In this document: one piece after another, positions 1 through 11,396 of the stretch | Layout of the letters: each line of letters starts with the position of its first letter | Numbering within the stretch: position 1 is the stretch's first letter | Assembly (NCBI GenBank): GCA_938041455.1 | Contig: CALITO010000008.1 | Location: forward strand, 120,416-184,415 | Direction: 5' to 3' | Source: an uncultured bacterium | Lineage (GTDB): Bacteria > Armatimonadota > JACIXR01 | Length of the DNA stretch: 64,000 nt | The notes under the pieces: model-generated | The model's input: the letters and a program-made list of their open reading frames with translations, nothing else | Database searches by the model: none | What the model was told of the DNA's origin: nothing | Position numbers and translations under genes: made by a program

Positions 1-1124
1 TCTCTGTCTATTCGGATTATGAGGAGTTTCTCCAACATGAAATGGATATAGTTGTCCTTTGTAATTATTGCACCGAGCATGCTCCCGCTGCGATTAAAGC
101 TCTTGAGGCTGGCAAGCATGTTCTCTCCGAAGTAATCGCTTGTAAAACACTGGCAGAAGGTGTTGAACTTTGTCGCGCGGTAGAAAAATCGGGTAAGGTT
201 TATATGTATGCTGAAAACTACTGTTACTTTTCTTATATCTTAGAGATGAAAAGATTATATAACGAGGGAGTAATAGGGGAATACCTCTATGGTGAATGTG
301 AGTACGTCCATGACTGCCGCCCAATTTGGCATATCCTCACTTCCTCTAAAGAACATTGGAGAAACTGGCTTCCCCCAACTTACTATTGCACACATTCTTT
401 AGGTCCAATAATCACCATCACTCATACCCGCCCAGTGAAGGTTACCGGGTTCATAGTCCCAAATACCTTGTCCAAAGAGGTAGGGCGTGTTGCCGATGAT
501 TGGGGAATTTTTATATGTCAGATGGACAATAACGCTATAACGAAAGTAATAGCCTGGTCTATGGGACCGCGTGATTCCATCTGGTACAGATTGCACGGTA
601 CTAAAGGGGCGATGGAGAACTATAGACTTAGCGAAACAGACACCTTGGATGTTTATACTATTGAGGCAACCCCCGACTTAGATTACAAAGAAGAGAAAAG
701 AAGTTATAAACCTGAATTCGTGAAATATAAGGAAGAAGCTCGAAGATATGGACATGGGGGTTCCGACTTCTTTATCGTATGGGAATTTGTGGATTCCATT
801 ATAAGGGGAGAGAAGCCCCCCATTGATGTTTATATGGCTATGGATATGACATTACCAGGTATCCTTGCCTATCGTTCTGCCCTATCGGGTAATGCTTGCC
901 TTGAAGTCCCCGATTTTCGTAAGGAGGAAGTTAGACAGAGATACGAAAACGACCGCTGGTCTCCTGACCCAAATGATAGATCCTTACCAGGTCAACCCCT
1001 GCCTTCCATATTGGGTGAAATCAATATCCCGGACGAGATCTACGAAAAAATAGAGAGAAAGCGCAGGAAAATGATGATCGAATATGAGAAAGCAATAGAA
1101 ATTGGCGGCGAGGAGGAAAATTAA
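1..1124 (+). CDS. Gfo/Idh/MocA-family NAD(P)-dependent oxidoreductase (5' end lies outside the window)
   Basis: The frame stays open to the window edge (SVYSDYEEFLQHE precedes the listed Met). DIVVLCNYCTEHAPAAIKALEAGKHVLSE matches the end of the Rossmann domain of this family, followed by a C-terminal alpha/beta domain. Confidence 0.75.
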   Translation, partial: SVYSDYEEFLQHEMDIVVLCNYCTEHAPAAIKALEAGKHVLSEVIACKTLAEGVELCRAVEKSGKVYMYAENYCYFSYILEMKRLYNEGVIGEYLYGECEYVHDCRPIWHILTSSKEHWRNWLPPTYYCTHSLGPIITITHTRPVKVTGFIVPNTLSKEVGRVADDWGIFICQMDNNAITKVIAWSMGPRDSIWYRLHGTKGAMENYRLSETDTLDVYTIEATPDLDYKEEKRSYKPEFVKYKEEARRYGHGGSDFFIVWEFVDSIIRGEKPPIDVYMAMDMTLPGILAYRSALSGNACLEVPDFRKEEVRQRYENDRWSPDPNDRSLPGQPLPSILGEINIPDEIYEKIERKRRKMMIEYEKAIEIGGEEEN

Positions 1125-2199
1125 GAAAACTATATTTGAAGGTAGGATATACGAGGAAATCGACATTCCCTTTTATAGGGAGGAAATTTTGCCTATTTTA
1201 CCCAAGCAAATCCTCGATTTCCATGTCCATATATGGAAAGTGGAACACTGGAAAGAAGTCCCCTGGGAAAAAGATAGACCCGGTAGCAAATATATGGTGC
1301 TTGAAGGTGATAATAGCGTGGAAGAACTTTTGGCTGACGGGAAGAAAATATTCCCTGCGGTCGATTATAACGCGGTCTGCTTTGGCTTTCCATCACCCTC
1401 TACAGATGTGGAAATGGCAAACAAGTATGTGAGCGAGGTATGTGAAGGGCACAAAAACCTATTTCCCTTGATGCTCATAGGGCGGAATACTACTCCTCCA
1501 GAGGAAATTATGAGTATGCTTCAGAAGAAGGGTTTTCTGGGATACAAAGTTTTGACGCCTTGGTATGGCGATGATTACGGAACAATAACAGTCAAAGATA
1601 TGATTGGCCCTATAGAAATGGAGATAGCTAACAAATTTAAATTGATTGTTTTGTTACATGTTCCAGGGGCGGGAAGGTTGGCTGATCCCAAAGTTCAAGA
1701 AGACATTGAGGAATACGCCACACAATTTCCCAATGCTAATTTAGTATTAGCGCACTGTGGGCGCTGTTATATGCCCGAACAGATCATAAGGGCGATAAAT
1801 TTTTTAAAAAAATTAAACAACGTTTATTTAGACACCGCTATGGTAATGGAACCGCAGGTGCTTCAAATAATCTTTGAAAACATAGGTTACAAAAGGGTTA
1901 TATTCGGAACCGACCTACCTATTGCCAGAATGCGTGGACGAAGGGTATATGTGATGAACCATTGGGTAGATATAGTGGTTGGGGAATATCCGGAAAGTGC
2001 TTATCGGGTGCCCGCCAAAAACATAAGTGCTACTTTTATGGCCTGGGAGATTATCCTTGCAATTAAAAGAGCTGCTTATGCGGTTGGTTTATCCCCTCAA
2101 CAGCTATACGAAATCTTTTATGAAAACGGTATGCGTCTATTGGAGTGTGCAAGGGCAGGAAGACAAAGAGAAAAGACATCTGAAGATGAAAAAATTTAA
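1102..2199 (+). CDS. amidohydrolase_2-type metal-dependent TIM-barrel hydrolase
   Basis: 365-aa ORF with a TTG start that overlaps the upstream gene's end. It carries DFHVHIW (HxH metal motif), LLHVPG, LAHCG and FGTDLP motifs. Confidence 0.55.
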   Translation: MAARRKIKKTIFEGRIYEEIDIPFYREEILPILPKQILDFHVHIWKVEHWKEVPWEKDRPGSKYMVLEGDNSVEELLADGKKIFPAVDYNAVCFGFPSPSTDVEMANKYVSEVCEGHKNLFPLMLIGRNTTPPEEIMSMLQKKGFLGYKVLTPWYGDDYGTITVKDMIGPIEMEIANKFKLIVLLHVPGAGRLADPKVQEDIEEYATQFPNANLVLAHCGRCYMPEQIIRAINFLKKLNNVYLDTAMVMEPQVLQIIFENIGYKRVIFGTDLPIARMRGRRVYVMNHWVDIVVGEYPESAYRVPAKNISATFMAWEIILAIKRAAYAVGLSPQQLYEIFYENGMRLLECARAGRQREKTSEDEKI

Positions 2200-3490
2200 A
2201 TTGGGAATAGATATCGGCACAACCAGGGTTAAAGCAATGGTGGTAGATAGCGAAAATAAAATCGTTAGCTTCGCTGCAGAAGAAATCAAACTTCACGCGA
2301 GGGATGATTTTGTGGAACAAGACCCAGAAGAAATATGGGGTTCTGTTGTTAAGGTGATAAGGAAAGCAATTTCTAAAGAGTATATCAAAAAGGGCTTGTC
2401 TGGTTTGAGTCTATCAACTCAAGGCGGGACCCTCATCTTAATAGACAGGGAAGGGAACAATCTTCGTCCAGCAATAAGTTGGATGGATACACGAGCAATA
2501 AAGGAGAACGAGAACCTGATTAAGGAACATGGTGCGGAATACTTTTACAGAATCACTGGTTGGGTGCCCTATAAAACCTGTCTCCCTTTGTCCCAGCTTA
2601 TATGGATATACAAAAACGAGCCAGAGGTTTTTAGAAATATTCATAAGTGTCATTTTGTAGACTCTTATATCATCTACAGACTCACAGGTAAAGAGTTCAT
2701 GGATTACACTAACGCTGCTATAACTATGCTTTTTAACATCCAAAATAAAATGTGGGACGAAGAGCTGTTGAAACTCGCCAGGATAAAAGCAGAGCAATTA
2801 CCCGCTTTGATACCCTCGGGGAGAAGAATAGATATAGTTAAGGAAGACATCGCGAGGATATTGGACATTCCCTCGCCAGTTTTCGTATATAGTGGAGGAC
2901 ATGACCAGTATTGTTCAGCTTTGGGAGCCTTTGTGAATAAGCCAGGAGATGTGCTTCTCTCCACAGGAACCGCTTGGGTGATATTGGCAATTACTAACCA
3001 GCCCATCTTTTCGCCCAAATTCGAGTTTTCCCCTGGACCCCATGTGATAGAGGGATTGTGGGGTGCTTTGGCCTCTGTGCCTTATGGAGGGGCATCCTAT
3101 GATTGGTTTTTGAAGAATATTCTACTGAATAAACTAACATATAAAGAAATAGAGGAACTTGTAAATCAAGCAAAGGGGGAAATGCCCGTTTTCCGTCCCT
3201 TCTTCTCAAAAGGGAATAAAAGTGCATCTTTTTCCAAGCTAAAGTTAAGCCATAATGCTGGGCATTTCCTCAAGGCGATAATGGAAGGGATCGCCTTGGA
3301 GGTTAGGAGGAAGCTCAGTTCTATGAAAAAATCAGGAATCAAGATAAAAAATTTAAAGATTGTGGGTGGTTGTGCCCGAAGCTCCTTATGGCTAGAGGTT
3401 ATCTCTCAAGTTCTCGCTTTGCCATTTTCAATTCCTCCCACCTTGGAGACAGCAAGCCTGGGTGCTTCGCTTTTGGTTGAAGAAGGATGA
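2186..3490 (+). CDS. FGGY-family carbohydrate kinase (xylulokinase-like)
   Basis: The ATG at 2186 gives MKKFKLGIDIGTTRVKAMVVD, the FGGY N-terminal phosphate motif. The 2027 start in the ORF track would overlap the upstream gene by about 170 nt. C-terminal GGCARSSLW and ETASLGAS motifs are present. Confidence 0.8.
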   Translation: MKKFKLGIDIGTTRVKAMVVDSENKIVSFAAEEIKLHARDDFVEQDPEEIWGSVVKVIRKAISKEYIKKGLSGLSLSTQGGTLILIDREGNNLRPAISWMDTRAIKENENLIKEHGAEYFYRITGWVPYKTCLPLSQLIWIYKNEPEVFRNIHKCHFVDSYIIYRLTGKEFMDYTNAAITMLFNIQNKMWDEELLKLARIKAEQLPALIPSGRRIDIVKEDIARILDIPSPVFVYSGGHDQYCSALGAFVNKPGDVLLSTGTAWVILAITNQPIFSPKFEFSPGPHVIEGLWGALASVPYGGASYDWFLKNILLNKLTYKEIEELVNQAKGEMPVFRPFFSKGNKSASFSKLKLSHNAGHFLKAIMEGIALEVRRKLSSMKKSGIKIKNLKIVGGCARSSLWLEVISQVLALPFSIPPTLETASLGASLLVEEG

Positions 3491-3529
3491 TAACTTTAGT
3501 TTAGATAGCCTCTTTTTAACTAAAACTAA

Positions 3530-4642
<1,113 letters not shown>

Positions 4643-4659
4643 ATAGGAGGTGACTTTAA

Positions 4660-5847
4660 TTGAGGAAGAAAACCGTTAGAGACATAGATGTTAGCGAGAA
4701 GAGGGTGTTAATGAGGGTTGATTTCAATGTTCCTTTAGGGGAAGATGGTTCAATTTTAGATGACAGGAGGATAAGGGCCGCTCTTCCTACGATAGAATAT
4801 CTCCTGGGCAAAGGGGCGAAGCTCATTCTCGTGTCGCATTTGGGACGCCCTAAAGGGGTTGACCCTACCCTGAGGATGGATAATGTAGCCCGTAGGTTGA
4901 GCGAGTTATTGGGCAAACCCGTTGTGAAAACGGATAGCTGTGTGGGTCCTCAGGTGAAAGAGAAGATTGACAATATGAAGCCTGGTGAAGTGATAATGTT
5001 GGAGAATATCCGCTTTTGTGAAGGTGAAACGAAAAATGACCCCGAGTTCGCCCGCCAGCTAGCTGAGCTAGCAGATGTGTATGTAAACGATGCCTTTGGA
5101 ACTGCTCATCGCGCTCACGCTTCAACGGAAGGGGTGACCAAATACCTTCCCGCTGTAGCAGGTTTTCTGATGGAGAAAGAACTGGAGTTCCTGGGAAAGG
5201 TAATCTCTGAGCCAGACAAACCCTTTGTGGTGATTTTGGGCGGAGCTAAGGTGAGCGATAAGATAGGTTTGATAGAGAACCTTATGGATAAGGCTGATAC
5301 CATCCTAATAGGGGGAGGGATGCTCTTCACCTTCCTCAAAGCAAAGGGCTTGGAAATAGGGAAGAGCCTTTTGGATGCAGAGCATATCGATTATGCAAAG
5401 GGGGTTTTAGAGAAAGCAGGAGACAAAATAGTTTTGGCTGAGGATGTAGTAGTGGCGGATAGGATTGCCCTTGATGCTTCTTACAAAATTGTTTCCACTG
5501 ATAATATCCCTCCTGACTGGATTGGAGTGGATATAGGACCCCGAAGCGTTGAAACATTTGCCCGCTACCTAAAGAATGCCAGGACCATTTTCTGGAACGG
5601 ACCTATGGGGATATATGAGATAGAGATATTTGCCGAAGGGACAAAAGGCGTCGCCGAAGCGGTGGCTGAATCTCCCGCTCTTTCTATAGCGGGAGGAGGC
5701 GATATAGCCGCCGCCCTGGAAGAACTCTCCTATGCGGAAAAAATCTCCCATATATCAACCGGTGGAGGCGCTTCCCTGGAATTTATAGAAGGCAGGGAAC
5801 TACCTGGCGTAACTGCCCTGCAGGATAAAGAATTTGATGAACAATGA
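4660..5847 (+). CDS. pgk: phosphoglycerate kinase
   Basis: [25 protein letters not shown] and [10 protein letters not shown] motifs. TTG start with a TAGGAGGTG Shine-Dalgarno upstream. Confidence 0.95.
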   Translation: MRKKTVRDIDVSEKRVLMRVDFNVPLGEDGSILDDRRIRAALPTIEYLLGKGAKLILVSHLGRPKGVDPTLRMDNVARRLSELLGKPVVKTDSCVGPQVKEKIDNMKPGEVIMLENIRFCEGETKNDPEFARQLAELADVYVNDAFGTAHRAHASTEGVTKYLPAVAGFLMEKELEFLGKVISEPDKPFVVILGGAKVSDKIGLIENLMDKADTILIGGGMLFTFLKAKGLEIGKSLLDAEHIDYAKGVLEKAGDKIVLAEDVVVADRIALDASYKIVSTDNIPPDWIGVDIGPRSVETFARYLKNARTIFWNGPMGIYEIEIFAEGTKGVAEAVAESPALSIAGGGDIAAALEELSYAEKISHISTGGGASLEFIEGRELPGVTALQDKEFDEQ

Positions 5848-5857
5848 AGGTGATCGA

Positions 5858-6646
5858 ATGAGAACTCCCTTAATGGTAGCGAATTGGAAGCTTTATAATG
5901 TCACTTTGGAGGAAAGCAAAAGAGAAGCGGGAGATATAGCGCGGGCTGCAGAAGGTGCCGACTGCGAAGTCGTTATCTGTCCTCCAGCTCCCTTACTCAT
6001 CCCTGTTAAGCAGGCGATAGAAGGTTCCTCCGTCAAGTTAGGTGCTCAAGGGATGTTTTGGGAAGAAAAGGGAGGGTTTACCTCTCAGATTTCCCCTCTA
6101 ATTTTGAAGGATTTAGGCTGCGACTACGTGATTATTGGACACTCTGAGACGAGGGGAAGGTTTGGTGTAGGTAGTGTGAAGGAGGAGTTGCTTCCTTATT
6201 TCAGCGAAACCGACGAAACAGTCAATTTAAAGACACTCGCTGCTTTGAGAGCAGGGCTGAAGCCGATCATTTGTGTAGGAGAAACTATAGGAGAGAGAAG
6301 AGCGGGAAAGCAAGACGAAATAGTTAGTTACCAAGTGGAGATGGCACTTGCCAAAGTAGAAGATATAAATGGGGTAGTGATAGCTTATGAGCCAGTCTGG
6401 GCTATAGGAACAGGTGAGTTCTGCGATCCTGAAGAGGCAAACCGCATAATCACTCTGATAAGGAGCAAAGTGAGAGAAATATTTGGCGCTAAGGCAGAGG
6501 GGATACGTATCCTTTACGGCGGAAGTGTCGAGCCAAGCAATATAGCGAACTTTATGAAAAAGGAAAATATTGATGGGGCACTTGTAGGAAGAGCCTCCGC
6601 CAAAGCGGAAACTTTCGCAAAGATAATCCATTATAAGGAGCCATAA
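5858..6646 (+). CDS. tpiA: triosephosphate isomerase
   Basis: MRTPLMVANWKL N-terminus, IIGHSETR, AYEPVWAIGTG and YGGSV motifs. Third gene of the classic gap-pgk-tpi operon. Confidence 0.9.
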   Translation: MRTPLMVANWKLYNVTLEESKREAGDIARAAEGADCEVVICPPAPLLIPVKQAIEGSSVKLGAQGMFWEEKGGFTSQISPLILKDLGCDYVIIGHSETRGRFGVGSVKEELLPYFSETDETVNLKTLAALRAGLKPIICVGETIGERRAGKQDEIVSYQVEMALAKVEDINGVVIAYEPVWAIGTGEFCDPEEANRIITLIRSKVREIFGAKAEGIRILYGGSVEPSNIANFMKKENIDGALVGRASAKAETFAKIIHYKEP

Positions 6647-6673
6647 TCTTGTAGGTGAACTCTTCCTCTTTTA

Positions 6674-7582
6674 TCAAGTTCTCCTCTTAAGGTAACCGAA
6701 TTCGACGAGGGAGGCGGTGTTGTTACGCCACCCCTTTCTCTCCCGCAAGATAAGTTCAAGATAAACTGGTTCCTTTAAGAGTTTCTCGCAACGCAAGCGA
6801 GCTATATGTTTAGCCTGGCCGAAAAGGTGTCCCTTCCAACCCAAAATAGAGGGGAAGAATTTTCCATCTTCTATATAAATGTAGGATAAAATATAAGTTT
6901 TTCCCTGCCCCTGAGGTGGTTTTATCTCTTTGACGATCACCTCCATAGACTGAGGACGCTTGTCGTGAAAGAAATTCGTTATTTCCTCTCTTATCGCTTC
7001 CTTTATCAATAGCTCCTTTGGGGGAGGGGAGGGGTTTCTATAAATAGGTTCTCTTTCTGGTAAATAGTTCTTTATCCTTTTTAGAAGAAAGGGTAGATTA
7101 TCCTTCAAGAGGGCAGAGATAGGCAGAACCTCGTAGAAAAAAGTTTTCTTGAACCTCTCCAGATATTCCTCGGTCCTTTGCTCGAGAACATAATCTCTCA
7201 CTAGGTCTATCTTGTTTAAAAGAAGGAAAGCGGGCAACTTACTCTTTCTTATAAAGGAGCAAAGCTGGTCCTCAAAAGGTGAAGAGGGAAGTGTAGCATC
7301 TACAACTAAGAGTGCTATGTCGGAGAAGACAAGGGAACGTTTAATAAGGGCGAGCATAATTCTCTCCAACTTGTTGCGGGGAGTGAGGAAAGTTGGGGTG
7401 TCAATTAGCACAATCTGTCCCCAATCTGTGTTTAGCACGCCAGTCACAGGTTGCCTCGTCGCTCCCGGCCACTTAGTAACTATGGAAAATTTCTCCCCTA
7501 ATAGAGAATTAAAGAGGGTGGATTTTCCTACATTCCCTTTTCCCACGATGGCTACTCGTCCACACCTTTTCTTATCCACCAT
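6674..7582 (-). CDS. era: GTPase Era
   Basis: G1 GKGNVGKST, G3-like LIDTPT, G4 NKID and a C-terminal KH-like region. About 300 aa. It overlaps the serS stop by 11 nt. Confidence 0.8.
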   Translation of the reverse strand: MVDKKRCGRVAIVGKGNVGKSTLFNSLLGEKFSIVTKWPGATRQPVTGVLNTDWGQIVLIDTPTFLTPRNKLERIMLALIKRSLVFSDIALLVVDATLPSSPFEDQLCSFIRKSKLPAFLLLNKIDLVRDYVLEQRTEEYLERFKKTFFYEVLPISALLKDNLPFLLKRIKNYLPEREPIYRNPSPPPKELLIKEAIREEITNFFHDKRPQSMEVIVKEIKPPQGQGKTYILSYIYIEDGKFFPSILGWKGHLFGQAKHIARLRCEKLLKEPVYLELILRERKGWRNNTASLVEFGYLKRRT

Positions 7583-8858
7583 CTGGGGGAATATGGGTTA
7601 CTCCTTCCAGATAAGGGCGAAGGACCTCGGGCACCCTTATTCTTCCGTCCTCCTCTTGATAATTTTCTATAAGGCTTGCTAAGGTTCGCCCTATCGCCAA
7701 GCCCGAGCCATTAAGAGTGTGGACGAAACGAGGAGGGGAATTCAAACTTTCCCTGTATCTTATGTTTCCTCTCCTTGCTTGGAAATCGGTGCAGTTAGAG
7801 CAAGAGGAAACCTCTATGAATTTGCCCATTCCCGGAAACCAGGCTTCTATATCATATTTCTTCGCAGCAGCGAAGCCCAAATCACCAACGCAAACATTCA
7901 TCACTCTATAGGGGATGCCAAGCCTTATCAATACCTCCTCAGCATCCTGCACAAGCTTCTCCAACTCTTCATAAGATGTTTCAGGGGTAGCGAATTTGAA
8001 GAGTTCCACTTTGTCGAATTGATGCTGTCTGATTAGTCCCCTTGTTTCCTTACCCCACGAGCCCGCTTCCTCTCTAAAGCAAGGTGTATAAGCTACATAT
8101 TTCAAAGGGAGCACCTCGGCAGGCAGGATTTCCTCTCTATGGAGGTTAGCGAGGGGAAGCTCAGCAGTAGGAACGAGGTAGAAACCATCGTTCGTTGTGA
8201 AAAGGTCCTCGGCAAACTTTGGGAGGTGCGCTGAGGTTATGCAGGAGGTCTTGTTTACGAGTAAGGGAGGCAATATCTCTACATAGCCGTGTTCCTTTGT
8301 ATGTAGGTCAAGCATAAAGGTTATAAGAGCTCTAACTAATCTTGCTCCCCATCCTCGGAAAAGGGGAAAGCGAGAGCCAGCTATCTCCGCGGCTTTTTCT
8401 AAATCGAAGAGCCCTATTTTGGTTCCAATTTCCCAATGGGTCTTGGGAGAAAAGGGGAAATCCCTTATCTCTCCCCAGCGCCTCACTTCTTGGTTTTCCT
8501 CCTCACTTACTCCATCTGGGACGCTGGAATGAGGTAAATTTGGAATAGAAAGCAGGATTTCCCTCCAGTTTTTCTCTACCTCTCGCTGTTGGGCTAATTT
8601 CTCCTTTAGATTTTGGGAAAGTGTTCGCATCTCTTCTATTAACCCTTGGGGCATCTCTTTTTTCTCTCTCTTCAAAGCGGAAATTTTAGCTGATACCTCC
8701 TTTTGCTTTTCTCTCAAAGATTGGGTTTCCTGGATGAACATCCTTAGTTTTGTGTCCATAATGAGGAATTCGTCAATGAGGGAAGCATCCATTCCTCGTC
8801 TTTTGAGAGCGGATTTGAAAAGCTCAGGCTGTTTCCTTATCAGTTTTGGGTCGTGCAA
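7572..8858 (-). CDS. serS: seryl-tRNA synthetase
   Basis: N-terminal coiled-coil arm plus class II motifs TPCFREEAGSWGKETRGLIRQHQFDKVE and LNGSGLAIGRTL. Confidence 0.95.
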   Translation of the reverse strand: MHDPKLIRKQPELFKSALKRRGMDASLIDEFLIMDTKLRMFIQETQSLREKQKEVSAKISALKREKKEMPQGLIEEMRTLSQNLKEKLAQQREVEKNWREILLSIPNLPHSSVPDGVSEEENQEVRRWGEIRDFPFSPKTHWEIGTKIGLFDLEKAAEIAGSRFPLFRGWGARLVRALITFMLDLHTKEHGYVEILPPLLVNKTSCITSAHLPKFAEDLFTTNDGFYLVPTAELPLANLHREEILPAEVLPLKYVAYTPCFREEAGSWGKETRGLIRQHQFDKVELFKFATPETSYEELEKLVQDAEEVLIRLGIPYRVMNVCVGDLGFAAAKKYDIEAWFPGMGKFIEVSSCSNCTDFQARRGNIRYRESLNSPPRFVHTLNGSGLAIGRTLASLIENYQEEDGRIRVPEVLRPYLEGVTHIPPDGG

Positions 8859-8881
8859 TCTTTTACCTCCTGTTTTAAAAA

Positions 8882-10222
8882 TTACAGAACAGGTAAATAT
8901 TTCTCCAGTTCAAAGGATGTCACTTGTGCTCTATACAATTCCCACTCGTTGAGTTTATTGGTGATGAACCTGGAAAATATGTGCTCGCCAAGTGTTCGCC
9001 TAACCAACTCGCTTTTCCTGCTTTCACTTACTGCCTCAAACAAATCAACAGGTAGGTCGGGAATACCTCTTTTTTCTCTTTCCTCTCTGGACATCTCGTA
9101 AACATTTGCTTCAACGGGTGGCGGAAGTTCATAGCCCTTTTCTATTCCCTCAAGTCCCGCTGCGAGCATAACAGCGAAGCCGAGATAGGGATTAAGAGCA
9201 GGGTCAGGAACACGATACTCCGCTCTCACCGAGGCTCCCCCATCGGGACGATAAGCGGGAACCCTTATCATAGTTGTGCGGTTCTTCTGCGCCCAGGATA
9301 CATAGACTGGGGCTTCGTAACCGGGAACAAGTCTCTTATAAGAGTTGACCCACTGGGCAACAAGGGAACAAATCTCCCGCGCGTGTTTCAATTGTCCAGC
9401 GATGAATCTCTTACCTACAAGCGAGAGGTTGTAAGGATCGGAGGGATCATAAAAAGCGTTCTTGTTATCATTTATGGAGAATAGGGATTGATGGACATGC
9501 ATACCACTGCCGTTTACCCCATAGATAGGCTTAGGCATAAAAGTAGCATAGACGCCATGCTTTTGGGCAATTTCCTTGGTTACAAGGCGGGTGGTGACGA
9601 TGGCATCCGCTATCGTCAAAGCGTCACTGTATTTGAGGTCGAACTCATGCTGGCTGGAGGAAACCTCATGATGGATTGCCTCCACTTTTACGCCCATCCT
9701 TTCGAGCACCTCTACTGTCTCTCTACGAAGAGCATTAGCCTCCTCAACCGCCACCACATCAAAATAGCCTCCTTTATCAAGTAACTCAGGGAAAGTGGAA
9801 GATTTGAAGTAGAAAAATTCAATCTCAGGTCCTACATTGTAGATGAAGCCTGCCTTCCTCGCCCTTTCCATTTGTCTCTTTAGAGCAAGACGAGGATCCC
9901 CGTCGTAAGGTCTCCCATCGGGGTAATAGATGTCGCAGAACATCCGGGCACTGGGCTGGTCGGGGGGAACATAGGGTAGCTCACAAAATGTGGAAGGGTC
10001 GGGCAAAGCGACGATATCGCTCTCCTCTATCTCCGCATAGCCGGTGATGGAGGAACCATCAAAACCCTTACCCCGCCGAAAAACTTCCTCTAACTCACCA
10101 GCGGTTATCGATATGCATTTGAGAAAACCAAGCAGGTCAACAAACCAAAGTTCTATAAACTCTATCCCTTTTTCCTTAACTTTCGCCAATACATCTTTAC
10201 ACAATTCCTCTCTCGCGTCCAT
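8882..10222 (-). CDS. glnA: glutamine synthetase, type I
   Basis: 446 aa with GSGMHVHQSLF and NSYKRLVPGYEAP motifs and a beta-grasp N-terminal domain. AGGAGG Shine-Dalgarno at 10227-10232. Confidence 0.9.
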   Translation of the reverse strand: MDAREELCKDVLAKVKEKGIEFIELWFVDLLGFLKCISITAGELEEVFRRGKGFDGSSITGYAEIEESDIVALPDPSTFCELPYVPPDQPSARMFCDIYYPDGRPYDGDPRLALKRQMERARKAGFIYNVGPEIEFFYFKSSTFPELLDKGGYFDVVAVEEANALRRETVEVLERMGVKVEAIHHEVSSSQHEFDLKYSDALTIADAIVTTRLVTKEIAQKHGVYATFMPKPIYGVNGSGMHVHQSLFSINDNKNAFYDPSDPYNLSLVGKRFIAGQLKHAREICSLVAQWVNSYKRLVPGYEAPVYVSWAQKNRTTMIRVPAYRPDGGASVRAEYRVPDPALNPYLGFAVMLAAGLEGIEKGYELPPPVEANVYEMSREEREKRGIPDLPVDLFEAVSESRKSELVRRTLGEHIFSRFITNKLNEWELYRAQVTSFELEKYLPVL

Positions 10223-10251
10223 ATTTCCTCCTAGGGGATATTTACTTTAAA

Positions 10252-10280
10252 ATTTTAGAGGGTTTCTGTTTAAAAGTCAA
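10252..10280 (-). promoter_or_regulatory. sigma-70 promoter for glnA-serS-era (TTGACT-17-TAAAAT)
   Basis: The minus strand reads TTGACT (10280-10275), an exactly 17-nt spacer and TAAAAT (10257-10252). AGGAGG and the glnA ATG follow downstream. Confidence 0.5.
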
Positions 10281-10289
10281 ACGATCATC

Positions 10290-10317
10290 TTGAAATTCTC
10301 ATAATTTGAGTTATAAA
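10290..10317 (+). promoter_or_regulatory. putative divergent promoter for the 10357-20392 gene array (TTGAAA-16-TATAAA)
   Basis: TTGAAA at 10290-10295, a 16-nt spacer and TATAAA at 10312-10317, upstream of a GGAGG at 10341. Confidence 0.35.
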
Positions 10318-10356
10318 GGAAAAAAGTCTATAATTAAAAAGGAGGTTTTGATAAAA

Positions 10357-11349
10357 TTGAGATTCGCTATTATCGGTTCAGGTAGTATGGCTCGTGCACA
10401 TATCCGTGTCCTCAGAGATACGAAGCTTTTGGGTAAGGAAGTAGAGATAGTCGCTCTTTCTGACCCCGACCCTAAAGCGCTGGAGAAGACCGTAGAAGAT
10501 TTTCCTCCTCTAAAAAGAGCAAAGCTCTATAAAGACTACAAGGATCTTCTCGAGAAGGAGGAAGTGGATGCAGCGGTTATTTCCAGCCCTCATACCGCTC
10601 ATTACGAGCAGATGATAGACTGTTTAGAGAAGGGAATAAATGTCTTCGTGGAGAAACCCATGGTTTCCTGTGTCGCTCATGCGGAGAAAATAACCGAGCT
10701 TTCTGAAGAGAAAGGGTTGGTCGTGATGATTGGCTATCAGAGACGCTTTATGCCTCCCTTTCTCTATGCTAAGGAATTGATAACCTCGGGGGTTATTGGC
10801 AAGCTTTTGTTTGTTTCCGCTTATCAAGCCCAAAACTGGCTTCCTGCCGCTCTTTATAGCTGGAGGGGTGAACCTTCCCTCAGTGGAGGTGGGCAGATAA
10901 ACGATTCAGGTAGCCACTTAGTGCACGCTATATTATGGTTAACTGGAGCTCGTCCCTTGGAGGTTTTTGCCTATATGGAGAAGGAGGAGGCGAAGGTAGA
11001 CATACTTTCCAGCCTCGCAGTCAAATTTGAGGAAGGAATGTTAGGTTCTATCGGAATAATAGGTGATAATCCCGGTTGGGGCGAGGAAATAGCGATTTGG
11101 GGGAAGAAAGGAGCGATAATAATAAGGGATGGCTGGCAAGTAATCCAGCAGGGAGAGGATGGGAAATATTTCAATCCAAAGAAGTTGCCCGAGGGGACTA
11201 CGCCCATCCAGGCATTTGTGGAATGCTTACAGGGGAAGCGAGAGAACGAGGTACCCCCCATCTGGGGGCTAAGGGTTATCTCCCTCACGGAAGCAGCTTG
11301 GCAGTCTGCAAGTATGGGGGCACCTGTGGAGATAACAGGTTGGAGGTAG
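10357..11349 (+). CDS. Gfo/Idh/MocA-family oxidoreductase
   Basis: LRFAIIGSGSMARAH Rossmann motif and EKPM motif (VFVEKPMV). I prefer the TTG at 10357 (GGAGG 11 nt upstream) over the 10306 start in the ORF track. Confidence 0.8.
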   Translation: MRFAIIGSGSMARAHIRVLRDTKLLGKEVEIVALSDPDPKALEKTVEDFPPLKRAKLYKDYKDLLEKEEVDAAVISSPHTAHYEQMIDCLEKGINVFVEKPMVSCVAHAEKITELSEEKGLVVMIGYQRRFMPPFLYAKELITSGVIGKLLFVSAYQAQNWLPAALYSWRGEPSLSGGGQINDSGSHLVHAILWLTGARPLEVFAYMEKEEAKVDILSSLAVKFEEGMLGSIGIIGDNPGWGEEIAIWGKKGAIIIRDGWQVIQQGEDGKYFNPKKLPEGTTPIQAFVECLQGKRENEVPPIWGLRVISLTEAAWQSASMGAPVEITGWR

Positions 11350-11396
11350 ATATAAGCCGTGATAAAATACAATATTGGGAAAGGAGGTGAGAAAAG

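Noticed and set aside
2027-2185. The N-terminal extension of the FGGY kinase ORF suggested by the track (start at 2027). Similar extensions occur for gap (3566), tpiA (5834), dCMP deaminase (13512), larA-like (18616), the BON-like gene (40045) and the GT-C-like gene (32428).
   Set aside because: The extensions overlap upstream genes or lack family-typical N-termini. Internal ATGs preceded by GGAGG-like sites give canonical N-terminal motifs.
7212-7682. Long antisense ORFs listed in the track opposite well-supported genes, for example 7212-7682, 14140-14616, 19180-19710, 22042-22494, 27968-28462, 45778-46350 and 10971-11408.
   Set aside because: Each lies wholly inside a gene with clear family motifs on the other strand. 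They have skewed low-complexity composition (S/P/R/L-rich) and no Shine-Dalgarno. I treat them as shadow ORFs.
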